Shown one piece after another: positions 26,682-36,866 of a stretch of 46,467 bases of DNA. The stretch is taken from the IMG/VR virus record IMGVR_UViG_3300047561_001118, positions 1 through 46,467 of that record, one strand, 5' to 3'. The position numbers were made by a program, and so were the translations under genes. The notes under the pieces are model-generated. The model was given only the letters and a program-made list of their open reading frames with translations. It had not been told where the DNA came from and searched no databases. Every line of letters begins with the position of its first letter. Position 1 is the first letter of the stretch. Source of the stretch: a virus. Its lineage: Duplodnaviria; Caudoviricetes.

Positions 26682-29600
26682 TTATTTTAGACCACCAGTA
26701 TTCTTGATGCGTAATGGTATGTAGATAAATTCAACAGCCTTAACTGGTACTATGGCCACATCAACATACAACTCATTCTTATCGATTCTACTTGCAGTGT
26801 TGTTACTTTCGTCACAAACTACGATATAGTCATATAACGCTCTTTGACCAACAAGTTCAAGCATGAGACTTTCAACACTGTTCTTGATCTCATCTCTAGT
26901 AATCTTGTCATTTGGTTCAAAAACATATGGCTTGGCTAGAATATCTAACTGTCTACGTAGATAAACAATTAGTCTTGCTACGTTAATACGATCTAATGCA
27001 CTGGCATTCTTGGCACGAGTCTTTTGGCCATAATTAACTAATCCTACACCTGTAAAGAATGTAATTGGATTAATCTTTGCATCATATAATGTATCTCTTT
27101 GGCCATTATTTAAAGCAAGAGTTTTAAACTCACCTTCACTATCAATGTAACCTACACTTGTAGCGTTAGTGATGCCACCACGTCTTGTTCCAGCAGGAGC
27201 AAACCATGGATAGCTAACACTATCACTTAAAGCAATAGTTCTTAACATTAAATGACTTGGAGGAACAACAATGTTATTACCAAAGTTGTCGCTGGTAAAG
27301 CCCCATGGATAGAACATAGCCATGTATTCGTCATAGCTTGGAGCACCAATATCATTGTCTTCTACTGCTAGACGTAAATTGTTACCCCATGTCATTAAGC
27401 TTGTAGCATCTGGTAATAATCTTGCTGGTGTGTCGCCAACTACAAATGCTGTTAAAGCACGGTCGTAGTTTAATGTGATCATTTCACCAATTAGTTCTGG
27501 ATATCCTGGCGTAGCAATTAAGTTGAATACTCTTGCTTCTTCACGAATATCTGTTGAACTATTAATTACAGCCTGTAATGCAGTGACTACTAGCTTACGT
27601 TGTGCCTTACGACCAAATGATCCACTGCCGTCGTCTTGGTTAGCACTGGCAGTAATCCAACGATGTGGGTAATAATCTCCCATGCTTTGGTCATCGAATC
27701 TTCCATTTTCTCCATTAATGTCTATATAATTTTGTACAAAACGTTTGACATTAAATCCGCTTCTACGTAGATTCCATAACAACATACCTTTTGGATATAA
27801 TGCAGGATCTGGGGCATCAAAATCAACATAATCACTTAGTAATAATTCTTCGATGTTGCCTGGCTTATCACTGGACATACCGCTGGTATTATAACGTGCA
27901 TCATGGAATAATACACCATCCTGCGTACTTTGATCTGTTGTATCAAGGTCTACCCAACGTGTAGCTATAGGACCTGGTTTGTTTAAGTCAAATCTATAAA
28001 TTCTTGGAAAGTTTTCTAAGTCACTAGTATCGATCCATAAATCATGATCTGCTAAAGGTGTAGTACCATCGCTTTGTGTTAATGGTTTTGTAGCACTAAC
28101 AATCGGACCTGTTGGATCTGTATCTTCAAACGTATTTCTATATCCCGTCCACATTTCGCCGTCATGCACCATAATGTCAATTTCGTCAATAACACTACTA
28201 TACCATAATGTACCATTTTTAGTTAATGTAGATGGACTTTCTTTATTAGCAGTAAATCTTAATGGCTCCCATAGACTTACAAGATAAGTACCTTCGTCCA
28301 CCGAAGTTATATTGCTATTAACAGTTAAACCGATAGCATCTAATAAACCTCCATTTGATTCCTCAATTAGGAAGTCGCCGCCTAATACATGGCTAACAAC
28401 TACTCTGTTTTGTGCATCTACGCTTGCTTGAATATTTCTTAATCCAGAAGCATTAATTGCAGCAGCAATTCTTTCTGCATCGTCACCATTATTAAAAACT
28501 TCAAAATTAGCTTCAAACATATCTGTGTTTTTAGTGCCAGCTAGTCCTTCTGTAATATACAGAGTATATTCGCCAGTACTATACCAACCTGTAGTGAGCT
28601 TTTTACCAACAATGGTATTTGATCCTGCGGCTGCTTTTCTATATAATTTAAATTCATTTTCCATTCCAGGAGATTCAGTACCAGTTACTTTACAGTATAG
28701 AGCACCTGCTGGAATGTTTACTCCGCCGCCTGATCTATCTAGATAATAAATTGCATCAAACCCATTAGCATATAATGGTGTTGATACTTTGTCAAATGCT
28801 GCTGTAGCTTGATTGTATTTCTTCACAACCAATTTGGCGCCGCCAGCTGGTTCTGTAGTCTTAATCCAAACAGAGCCTGTTCTTGCACCAGCTCTTGGAT
28901 CTGTTAAATCATCACTCTTAAACTCAGGAACTGATGTATGTGGAGCAATTGCTAGATCAGGAGCATAATATTGGCCTGAAATAATATTAAAAAAGCCTTC
29001 ATCACAAGCATCACCTGAAATAGTCATTCCGCCGCCATTGCCACGACTTACATAAAAGCTTAAACGACTATTTTTTACAGTGACATAAATGCCAGAATTG
29101 TTAAAAGCTGTATTAACTCTAGCAGCATATTCTTCTGCTGTATCATCTGTTAATGATAAAGCAGGCTGACTATTAATAACTAATTCTTTGGTAGCATTTT
29201 TAACGTAAGGATCAGTAACAAGAACTGGCCAACTTAAACCCCAACCATTACTGCCTACAGCTACCCATGTTCCAGCGTCAATACTAGCTGCTGAATTACC
29301 TGGGCTTTTAAAATAAAGAACATCTGGATCATTATAATCAGTATCTAAGTTACTCAAACTCACAATAGCATATTCACCGATGGCACCGACCGAAGCTTTT
29401 GGAGTAAGCTCACCATCAGCATAGTTAACAACTTTTGTAGGATCTGTAATAACTATTGTCTTTTTAGCTTGGAAAGTTTGACCGGTTTTTGTACTTCTAG
29501 GACCATTATCCCATTGAAAAACTCCCCAATGGCTATTGGCAGTATCTAGCCAATGTGTACCATTTACCGGTTCTGAAGTTGGAGCATCTGCTTTTGCATT

Positions 29601-29960
29601 TAATTCTTTAAGATCAATGTCTGCTCTTACAACATATGCTCTATTACTCACACCTAGTAAGCTATATGCTGCCTGTAAACCATATTCGTTTTGCTCACCT
29701 GCATGAATTGGATTGTTATTGGCATCAGTTTTGAATAGAGGACTACCAAATGTGGTTGCCAAATCTCTTTGACTGGTGATTAAGTATGCTTTGCCTGCGT
29801 TGGCTTTTAATGTGCCAGAAGCAATGCCAGTATTCGATGGATTGGCTTTGTCTTGCTCTGAAGCAACAATAATTAAAGGTACGGTACTTGGTGCGGCTGG
29901 TGCGTAAAAGCTTTCATCGATGACTGTTACGGCAACGCCTGGTGAATTTAATTGGGCCAT
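26682..29960 (-). CDS. gp18: contractile tail sheath protein (enlarged, 1092 aa)
   Basis: SPGVAVTVIDES, FNLIATPGY, PWFAPAG..RG, INPI, GQKT, SALDRINVARL, VCDESNN, AVEFIYIP. Confidence 0.96.
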   Translation of the reverse strand: MAQLNSPGVAVTVIDESFYAPAAPSTVPLIIVASEQDKANPSNTGIASGTLKANAGKAYLITSQRDLATTFGSPLFKTDANNNPIHAGEQNEYGLQAAYSLLGVSNRAYVVRADIDLKELNAKADAPTSEPVNGTHWLDTANSHWGVFQWDNGPRSTKTGQTFQAKKTIVITDPTKVVNYADGELTPKASVGAIGEYAIVSLSNLDTDYNDPDVLYFKSPGNSAASIDAGTWVAVGSNGWGLSWPVLVTDPYVKNATKELVINSQPALSLTDDTAEEYAARVNTAFNNSGIYVTVKNSRLSFYVSRGNGGGMTISGDACDEGFFNIISGQYYAPDLAIAPHTSVPEFKSDDLTDPRAGARTGSVWIKTTEPAGGAKLVVKKYNQATAAFDKVSTPLYANGFDAIYYLDRSGGGVNIPAGALYCKVTGTESPGMENEFKLYRKAAAGSNTIVGKKLTTGWYSTGEYTLYITEGLAGTKNTDMFEANFEVFNNGDDAERIAAAINASGLRNIQASVDAQNRVVVSHVLGGDFLIEESNGGLLDAIGLTVNSNITSVDEGTYLVSLWEPLRFTANKESPSTLTKNGTLWYSSVIDEIDIMVHDGEMWTGYRNTFEDTDPTGPIVSATKPLTQSDGTTPLADHDLWIDTSDLENFPRIYRFDLNKPGPIATRWVDLDTTDQSTQDGVLFHDARYNTSGMSSDKPGNIEELLLSDYVDFDAPDPALYPKGMLLWNLRRSGFNVKRFVQNYIDINGENGRFDDQSMGDYYPHRWITASANQDDGSGSFGRKAQRKLVVTALQAVINSSTDIREEARVFNLIATPGYPELIGEMITLNYDRALTAFVVGDTPARLLPDATSLMTWGNNLRLAVEDNDIGAPSYDEYMAMFYPWGFTSDNFGNNIVVPPSHLMLRTIALSDSVSYPWFAPAGTRRGGITNATSVGYIDSEGEFKTLALNNGQRDTLYDAKINPITFFTGVGLVNYGQKTRAKNASALDRINVARLIVYLRRQLDILAKPYVFEPNDKITRDEIKNSVESLMLELVGQRALYDYIVVCDESNNTASRIDKNELYVDVAIVPVKAVEFIYIPLRIKNTGGLK

Positions 29961-29990
29961 TGTGAGAGTTCTCCTAGATCTTGCTCAATG

Positions 29991-29998
29991 TATTTATA
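29991..29998 (-). promoter_or_regulatory. T4-type late promoter TATAAATA for sheath/tube
   Basis: Exact consensus, 30 nt upstream of the gp18 ATG; AGGAG SD at 29975-29971. Confidence 0.8.
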
Positions 29999-30035
29999 GC
30001 AAAATAGAAAAATCGCCGTCTTTGACCTTACTAAT

Positions 30036-30698
30036 TTATGATATTTCTACTACTTCTTCCTCGACTTTATCAAGAATTTCAACATTATTAACTAAAAATT
30101 CTATATGTCTATATAAATCCGAAATACTTCCATTGTTATCTATAACCGAATCAAACTCGGTACCGATCCAACTCCATTCACTAGCATGAATTTTCGTCTC
30201 TATCATCTGCTTCTTTTGAATTTCATTACCATGATTAGCTGCCAAGGCAATATCATGCCAAGACGGTAATGGTCCTCTTTTAACCCAAATAACTTTACCT
30301 CCTGCATTTTTAATGGCAGAAATTTCATTAACAAACCTACAATCACTAATTACTACATTATCTTTAGAATTTTGAAGCTTATTTTCTAAACTAGCTATCC
30401 AAATATCGTCGTTAAAACCTTTGCGGCAAACTTCAGTACCCCAATATTGTAATACCCATCGTGGAGTAAGATTAGGCATATTGAGCCTATTACTCCACCA
30501 AGGATCTACTCGTTCACGCCATTCCCTGCTTTGTTTGGTTCGCCCTTCCAACATTTCTCGATCCCACCCAAATACAGATGAAACTGCATCTTTTAATGAA
30601 TTTGCAAAGCTATCTCTTTTAAATTCATGAAAATTGACTAGATAATCTGCTATAGTGTCTTTGCCGCTGCCGATGAAACCACAAATGCCAAGTATCAC
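30036..30698 (-). CDS. gp1: deoxynucleoside monophosphate kinase (T4 gp1-like)
   Basis: GICGFIGSGKDT, SFANSLKD, TPRWVLQYWGTE, VISDCRFVNE, HASE; GTG start with AAGGAG SD. Confidence 0.92.
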   Translation of the reverse strand: MILGICGFIGSGKDTIADYLVNFHEFKRDSFANSLKDAVSSVFGWDREMLEGRTKQSREWRERVDPWWSNRLNMPNLTPRWVLQYWGTEVCRKGFNDDIWIASLENKLQNSKDNVVISDCRFVNEISAIKNAGGKVIWVKRGPLPSWHDIALAANHGNEIQKKQMIETKIHASEWSWIGTEFDSVIDNNGSISDLYRHIEFLVNNVEILDKVEEEVVEIS

Positions 30699-30716
30699 AA
30701 AAGTCTCCTTTTTATA

Positions 30717-30745
30717 ATAATAAAGCAATTCAAGATAAAAGTCAA
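30717..30745 (-). promoter_or_regulatory. sigma70 promoter for dNMP kinase
   Basis: TTGACT (30745-30740), N17, TATTAT (30722-30717). Confidence 0.7.
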
Positions 30746-30752
30746 CAGCAAA

Positions 30753-31520
30753 TTAGCCAATAACGAAATAATACCCGCTACCACCAGGCACAAACATTTC
30801 GATTTCTTTTTCTAATTTTTCCAACTCTTCCTTGCCGGCAGATTTTAAATCAGCACCGTTCAATCCACCTGCACCGCCTGGTCCTGCTATTTGACTAAAT
30901 TTACTACGTGCTTCACCTAACATCAACTTGCAACCAGCTAATGTATAGTCTTTGAACCATTGCCCAGCATAGTTGTCTCTAAGCAAATGATAATCTGGTC
31001 TGTAATTATAACCTTTAATCAATACCTGCTCGCCTTCACCGTAGGGCCTTTGTAATATTCTTAATGTATGAGTAGTTGGGATCCACTGAAATTCAATAAA
31101 AGCACCAAACATTCTACCCACTAATTTTTGATATCCAGCAAACATTTCGTATGTTGCTATACCACCTAACATGGTACTATTCAACAAATATGTGTTTGTA
31201 TAGGCCAGATTAAACGGTTCAAAATTTGTTCCGCCACTACCGCCTGCTGTTCTAGAACCAATAGTTCTACGGTAAATGCTACGTACTTCCACAATATCAT
31301 CAGGCAATCTATAATCATTTGTGTCTGCTTGTAATTCTAAAAAATAATAAGCTTCTTCTACAGCATTAGGACTGCGCTGTCTAAACTTGGCTAACGCTCT
31401 GTTTAATGCAGTTTCATAATGAACAGGATCCAATTCTATATCTACCATGCCGTCGCCCAACATGGCTTTACAATATGAATAAACTTTTTGTCTTTCTTCT
31501 ACAGCAGTGGTTTCTAGCAT
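30753..31520 (-). CDS. gp13: neck protein (T4 gp13-like)
   Basis: LGDGMVDIEL, WFKDYTLA..K..LGEARSKF...GPGG..LNG. Confidence 0.85.
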   Translation of the reverse strand: MLETTAVEERQKVYSYCKAMLGDGMVDIELDPVHYETALNRALAKFRQRSPNAVEEAYYFLELQADTNDYRLPDDIVEVRSIYRRTIGSRTAGGSGGTNFEPFNLAYTNTYLLNSTMLGGIATYEMFAGYQKLVGRMFGAFIEFQWIPTTHTLRILQRPYGEGEQVLIKGYNYRPDYHLLRDNYAGQWFKDYTLAGCKLMLGEARSKFSQIAGPGGAGGLNGADLKSAGKEELEKLEKEIEMFVPGGSGYYFVIG

Positions 31521-31535
31521 AACGGTTCTCCCAGT

Positions 31536-31557
31536 ATATTTAGCAGCTGATAAATAT
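31536..31557. promoter_or_regulatory. back-to-back divergent late promoters
   Basis: ATATTTAGCAGCTGATAAATAT, with TAAATA on - (31542-31537) and on + (31551-31556). Confidence 0.7.
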
Positions 31558-31560
31558 CAT

Positions 31561-32754
31561 ATGCCACGCTTATCACTTTATCGCCCAGAAAGAGGAAATG
31601 ATTTTAAATTCATAGATCGCCAGATCAGTGAAATGTTCGCCATTGGCGGCACTGATTTCTATCTACACAAATATATAGGTGTAAAAAGTTCCGCAGAAAC
31701 TTCCACTGCTGATACTCCTTTTTATACCAAAGACGGTGTTACTCCCAACTATGATCCTACTCAAATACAAGATTTACTTCTATTAGAAAATAGAGACAGA
31801 AAATATGACTCCAGCATCTATAAGATTAGAGGTCATTATAATGTACAAAACTTAGATTTTAATCTTAGTCAATTTGGGTTATTCATTGACAACGACACAG
31901 TATTTGCCACTGTACATATTAATGACTGGATTCAAACTATAGGTCGCAAACCTATTAGTGGCGATGTAGTAGAACTGCCACACTTAAAAGATGAATTTGC
32001 CCTAAACGATTATAACATTGCCTTACCAAGATATTTTGTCATTGAAGATGTTAGCAGAGCCAGTGAAGGATACAGTATAACTTGGTGGCCACATTTATAT
32101 AGATTAAAACTTAAGAAAATTACAGACTCACAACAGTTTGCTGACATATTGGATCAACCTATTGCCGATGCCAACGGTGATCCTACAAATCAAACATTAC
32201 GTGAAGTATTAAGCACCAAAGGCAAAGAATTAGAAATTAATGATGCTATCATAACACAAGCCGAAGCAGACACTCCTTTGAGTGGGTATGAAACTAGACA
32301 ATTTTACACATTAGCTATTGATCCAACTAATGGCAGCCCTATATTAACCACTGTTGACGACAATACATCACCACCAGATGCCAGTACTATGGGCTTAGAC
32401 ACTAGCCGAATATCAGGCAGAGCTGTTAGAAGTGGTTATAGTGGATATCTGTTAGGCGATGGATTCCCTCCAAACGGTTACGAATTTGGCCATGGCATTA
32501 TGTTTCCTGCCAATCCTTATCTCAATGATTATTTTTTAAGAACAGATTTTGCCCCAAATAGATTATTTCGATACAATGGAAAACAATGGGTAAAAGTAGA
32601 AGATGCTTTACGCCATACATTGACAAATACCAATAACCGAACCACACAAAAAACCAGCTTTATAAATAATACCAACGTTAATACAATTAATGGGGAACAA
32701 GTTGTCGAACGTCAGGCACTTAGCAAGGCACTTAAACCCAAGGCAGATTTATAA
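31561..32754 (+). CDS. gp14: neck protein (T4 gp14-like) with C-terminal extension
   Basis: LSQFGL, GRKPISGDVVELPHL, YFVIEDV, LYRLKL; between gp13 and gp15; start MPRLSLY. Confidence 0.7.
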   Translation: MPRLSLYRPERGNDFKFIDRQISEMFAIGGTDFYLHKYIGVKSSAETSTADTPFYTKDGVTPNYDPTQIQDLLLLENRDRKYDSSIYKIRGHYNVQNLDFNLSQFGLFIDNDTVFATVHINDWIQTIGRKPISGDVVELPHLKDEFALNDYNIALPRYFVIEDVSRASEGYSITWWPHLYRLKLKKITDSQQFADILDQPIADANGDPTNQTLREVLSTKGKELEINDAIITQAEADTPLSGYETRQFYTLAIDPTNGSPILTTVDDNTSPPDASTMGLDTSRISGRAVRSGYSGYLLGDGFPPNGYEFGHGIMFPANPYLNDYFLRTDFAPNRLFRYNGKQWVKVEDALRHTLTNTNNRTTQKTSFINNTNVNTINGEQVVERQALSKALKPKADL

Positions 32755-34400
32755 TGCAATTCTTCTACGATGGTCAAATAAGACGTTATCTCGTTCAAAC
32801 AATAAGATTACTCAGTAATTTCGTTGTCAAATACGCCGACGGCACACTAGTACGAGTTCCAGTAATGTACGGGGATCAAGATCGTCAAGTTGGCAATATT
32901 ATTAGACAAAATAGTGAAAATAAAATACAAGGTGCTCCAAGAATAGCTATCTATATTAGTAGCTTAGAAATGGACAAGGACCGTCTAGCTGATGCTACCT
33001 TTGTGGGCAAATTGCATATAAGGGAACGTGATACAGAATATAATCCAGAAACAGGTCACGACGAATATACCAGCACTCAAGGTAGTAATTATACCATAGA
33101 AAGAATTATGCCTACTCCGTATAAACTTACAGTAAAGGCTGATATATGGACTTCTAATACTGATCAAAAATTACAACTTTTAGAACAAATATTAATGCTA
33201 TTCAACCCTAGTTTAGAAATACAAACTAGTGACAACTATGTAGATTGGACCAGTCTCAGTGTGATCTATATGGATGATTTAAATTTTAGCAGTCGTACTA
33301 TTCCGGTAGGCACTGACAGCCCTATCGACATTGCCACAATGGATTTAAGTATGCCGATATGGATTAGTCCACCTAGTAAAGTTAAAAAATTAGGACTAAT
33401 TAATCGTATTACTATGGGTATGTTTGGTCAAATTGGCGACTCCGATGATGGTTATATCGACGGCATTGATTCTGGTACAGGAGGTTCAGGTCCAGGACTA
33501 GTTGACTATATAGGCGGTATAAGAACTGTAATAGATAACTTTGATATCATAGTATACGGTGGCCAGGCAAGAATATTTTATCCCGATGCCAGTGGACACA
33601 GAGTAAACAATTTAATGGACGTAGGAATCGATTCAATTAAGATTGTTAATTGGACTGTGATATTCGACAAATATCCTGGGACATATAGTGCTGGTAATAG
33701 CAAACTATTTTTACTACAAAATAATGGCACAGAAGTATTTGGCACCGTAGCTATTAACCCCATTGACGAAAGTATTTTAAATATAGAATGGGATCAAGAT
33801 AGTTATCCAACCAATACTGATATTGTCAGCGAATATCGTCCTAACAGCCCTGGAACATTTGATGCTATTATTGATCCGACAACTAAAGGTCCTAATAGCG
33901 GATTACCTGCCCCTAGTATAGGAACTAGGTATTTGATCATTGACAACATCGGCGGTGGTGTTAGAGAAACACTTATTGCCGAAAATTCCAGTAATAGAAT
34001 AGATACTATGGTAGATTTTGATAAGGTTTTACGAACAGAAGTATATGTTAATAAACTACCTGTAGATTTCGAAGTAATGGATATTCAAGGCAAACTGGTA
34101 ATTAGATTAACTACGTCAGCTCAAATAGACGATACTATAACTTATGAATTATTTGTCAACGAAGACGGTCCTGATGCTTGGAAGAACGGGGACGGTAGTG
34201 ATTTTATTGCCAACACCAATGACATTATTGAATGGACTGGTACAAATTGGTATGTAATTTTTGATAACACAGTTTCAAAAGATACTATATATTACCTAAC
34301 AAATATATTCACCAATGTTCAATATAAATGGAACGGTGTTAGTTGGGTTAAGAGCTTCGAAGGCGAATATCGTAAAGGATTTTGGCGTATATTGTTATGA
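32754..34400 (+). CDS. gp15: tail terminator/sheath stabiliser (T4 gp15-like) with C-terminal extension
   Basis: FFYDGQIRRY, VPVMYG, MPTPYKL, QLLEQILMLFNP, WISPP. Confidence 0.8.
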   Translation: MQFFYDGQIRRYLVQTIRLLSNFVVKYADGTLVRVPVMYGDQDRQVGNIIRQNSENKIQGAPRIAIYISSLEMDKDRLADATFVGKLHIRERDTEYNPETGHDEYTSTQGSNYTIERIMPTPYKLTVKADIWTSNTDQKLQLLEQILMLFNPSLEIQTSDNYVDWTSLSVIYMDDLNFSSRTIPVGTDSPIDIATMDLSMPIWISPPSKVKKLGLINRITMGMFGQIGDSDDGYIDGIDSGTGGSGPGLVDYIGGIRTVIDNFDIIVYGGQARIFYPDASGHRVNNLMDVGIDSIKIVNWTVIFDKYPGTYSAGNSKLFLLQNNGTEVFGTVAINPIDESILNIEWDQDSYPTNTDIVSEYRPNSPGTFDAIIDPTTKGPNSGLPAPSIGTRYLIIDNIGGGVRETLIAENSSNRIDTMVDFDKVLRTEVYVNKLPVDFEVMDIQGKLVIRLTTSAQIDDTITYELFVNEDGPDAWKNGDGSDFIANTNDIIEWTGTNWYVIFDNTVSKDTIYYLTNIFTNVQYKWNGVSWVKSFEGEYRKGFWRILL

Positions 34401-34831
34401 AAGAAAAAATTGTTTGTAGTGGTGCATTATTTTACGCCAAAGACACTGGACGAATTTTATTACTACAAAAAGCCAATGGCAAACATAGAGGCACTTGGAG
34501 TTTAGTGGGTGGCACTAACGAGGCAGGTGAAAATGCTTGGCAAGGATTAATGCGTGAAATGGAGGAAGAAATTGGGGTTATACCCGATATACTAAAATCC
34601 ATTCCCTTAGAAACTTTTGTCAGTAATGACAGTGTGTTTAATTTTCACACTTACTTATGCGTAGTTAATAACGAGTTTATTCCGACTATTAGTTTAGAAC
34701 ACTCTGGATGGGCTTGGACTACTATTGATCTAGCACCCAAGCCCTTACATCAAGGATTACGTAGTAGTTTTAGTAATCGTGCTATTAGAACAAAATTACA
34801 AACTGTATTTGATGTAATGGATTTAATTTAA
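34397..34831 (+). CDS. NUDIX hydrolase
   Basis: Canonical box GTNEAGENAWQGLMREMEEEIGV. Confidence 0.92.
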   Translation: MKEKIVCSGALFYAKDTGRILLLQKANGKHRGTWSLVGGTNEAGENAWQGLMREMEEEIGVIPDILKSIPLETFVSNDSVFNFHTYLCVVNNEFIPTISLEHSGWAWTTIDLAPKPLHQGLRSSFSNRAIRTKLQTVFDVMDLI

Positions 34832-35607
34832 AATCCCAAATACTTACTTCTAATAAAATCTAAATCGTATCTTTGCTCGGTCATGTGATGCGGCTTACCT
34901 TCAAATGGTTCAAAAGTAGGCCAACAAGTACGCCAATATTCTCCCCATTTTTCAGTTAGGTATTCAATATTAACGTCACGAGCAGCATCGACTTTTTGTT
35001 GAAATTCTGGATCACGACGTCTTGTATTACCACCATAAAAATGATATTCCGTCTTGTCACCGCCACCATGAAAATAATTACTCTTTAATCCTAATACCTT
35101 TTTAACAGGCTTATGCATTAATCGCATGATATAATCATCATCTTCACTATATGCTGGATACATGTTTTCATCAAATAGTCCAAACTGTCTAACTACCTTG
35201 TCGGTGATTAAAAATACATCCCAACTACCTACTTTAAAATCTCCACCGTGTCCATGAATCATGTCAACTTCTGGATCCGATGTGATCGTTTGATACATCT
35301 CAGCTAAAAATCCCTGCCCAAAACTTACATCATCATTTACTATGACCCAATAAGGTGCCATGATATAGCTTTTGATCATTAAGTTCCAAGAACAAGACAC
35401 ACCCATATTAGCGGGCATATGGCATACATGAATATTTTTAATAAACTTATGCTTGATTTTAGCTATACGATCAAGGTCTTCTGTAATTTCGCCTTTGCCA
35501 TTATTATTAATAATAAGAAAATTTTCCACAGGAAAATCTACACTGGCTAATAATTTAGAAACCCAATATGTGTCAAATACTACTGCTGTACCTATTACTG
35601 GAATCAT
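34828..35607 (-). CDS. GT2-family glycosyltransferase
   Basis: LIINNN, NMGVSCSWN, IVNDDV, GLFDENMYPAYSEDDDY. Confidence 0.85.
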   Translation of the reverse strand: MIPVIGTAVVFDTYWVSKLLASVDFPVENFLIINNNGKGEITEDLDRIAKIKHKFIKNIHVCHMPANMGVSCSWNLMIKSYIMAPYWVIVNDDVSFGQGFLAEMYQTITSDPEVDMIHGHGGDFKVGSWDVFLITDKVVRQFGLFDENMYPAYSEDDDYIMRLMHKPVKKVLGLKSNYFHGGGDKTEYHFYGGNTRRRDPEFQQKVDAARDVNIEYLTEKWGEYWRTCWPTFEPFEGKPHHMTEQRYDLDFIRSKYLGF

Positions 35608-36866
35608 TACGCACCACCTGATAAAATATAGTCTTCGCCTTTTTTAACTCGATCCCTATGATCTAACATTTTGTTTAGAATTTTTTCGTCTACTAATCCA
35701 GGATATATCCACCAGTCTTCATAATTACGCCATTCATCTGGTGCAATGTCATTAACTACTAGTACATAACCTTTGGATTTTAAGTATTCCCTTGATTGTT
35801 CCCTGAGCTCTTTACGATCTGTATTATAATGGTCGTGTTCATAAGTAATAACTTTAAACTTATATTCGTCAAAAGGAATTTTCTTTAATATTTCAAATGT
35901 CACTTCAGGTGGATCACAATCTAATTGAAGATAATCTACTGCTGGGCCTAGTTCCAATTCACGAATAATCTTAGAGTAATCTATTTCTAATGCATTTTTA
36001 ACTAAGAAAGGAGTACGCCTTTCAGTGCTAACTTGACGTTCATCTAAATCAATACTGATACCACGCCAATCAAACTTTGTTTCAAGCAAGGCTGTGTTAT
36101 TACCATAAAAAGGTCGGCCTGCACCAATTTCAATAAACGTGCCGTTTCTTTTACCATTAAGCATACTGAGTACAAACATGTCTTGGTATGCTTCACTATA
36201 GTTGGTTTCGATAGTTTCTGAGCCTGGGAATTTATGTTTTAGTTTATAGTGCTTAGTAACATCATAATTGTCAAAAGGAATCTCTACATAAGAACTCATA
36301 AACTTCAAGTTGTTATAGATGACCCGTTTATAATCTTCTGATAGCTCTTTTGAACTCATGAGAGTTTTGAATAAACTACGTGATTCATCACATAATCCAC
36401 AATGCCAACTACTTAATGCTTTTTGAAAAGTTAAAACATCTCTACCAGAATAACCTACATCGGTCCTTAGTCCAGAACTAATTGTTTCAGCAACACTTTC
36501 ACCAATACTGGCTGTAGTGTAACATTCATTCCAATGTCCGTCCTCTTCTTTACGTTCATAAAATCTACTAAGATGATAAAATGCTTCTGGTCTTTTTGGC
36601 TGCAAGGCTACTGCATGTAATAGCAATCCTTTTACAGTAAAATTCCTAGAACCTTGGCGTTCAAAACATAATGCTGCTCTAATTAAACATTCATATCTTA
36701 ATAGCTCGTCATCTGTTCTTTCTGCTGTTCTTAAATAATAAGATACAGCACTAGCTGATTGTCCTAAAAGGTCATATTCTAATCCTATGGAGAAATTTCT
36801 CTCAGGGTTAGTTGGATCTTTTATATATTCTAGTAAATGTGGGTAAATTTTGTCTGCTTCAAGCAT
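35607..36866 (-). CDS. TPR domain plus FkbM-like methyltransferase fusion
   Basis: N-terminal TPR-like helices (AVALQPKRPEAFYHLSRFY); C-terminal YSEAYQD, FIEIGAG, NNTALLE, DYLQLD, ITYEHD, EDWW. Confidence 0.8.
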   Translation of the reverse strand: MLEADKIYPHLLEYIKDPTNPERNFSIGLEYDLLGQSASAVSYYLRTAERTDDELLRYECLIRAALCFERQGSRNFTVKGLLLHAVALQPKRPEAFYHLSRFYERKEEDGHWNECYTTASIGESVAETISSGLRTDVGYSGRDVLTFQKALSSWHCGLCDESRSLFKTLMSSKELSEDYKRVIYNNLKFMSSYVEIPFDNYDVTKHYKLKHKFPGSETIETNYSEAYQDMFVLSMLNGKRNGTFIEIGAGRPFYGNNTALLETKFDWRGISIDLDERQVSTERRTPFLVKNALEIDYSKIIRELELGPAVDYLQLDCDPPEVTFEILKKIPFDEYKFKVITYEHDHYNTDRKELREQSREYLKSKGYVLVVNDIAPDEWRNYEDWWIYPGLVDEKILNKMLDHRDRVKKGEDYILSGGA

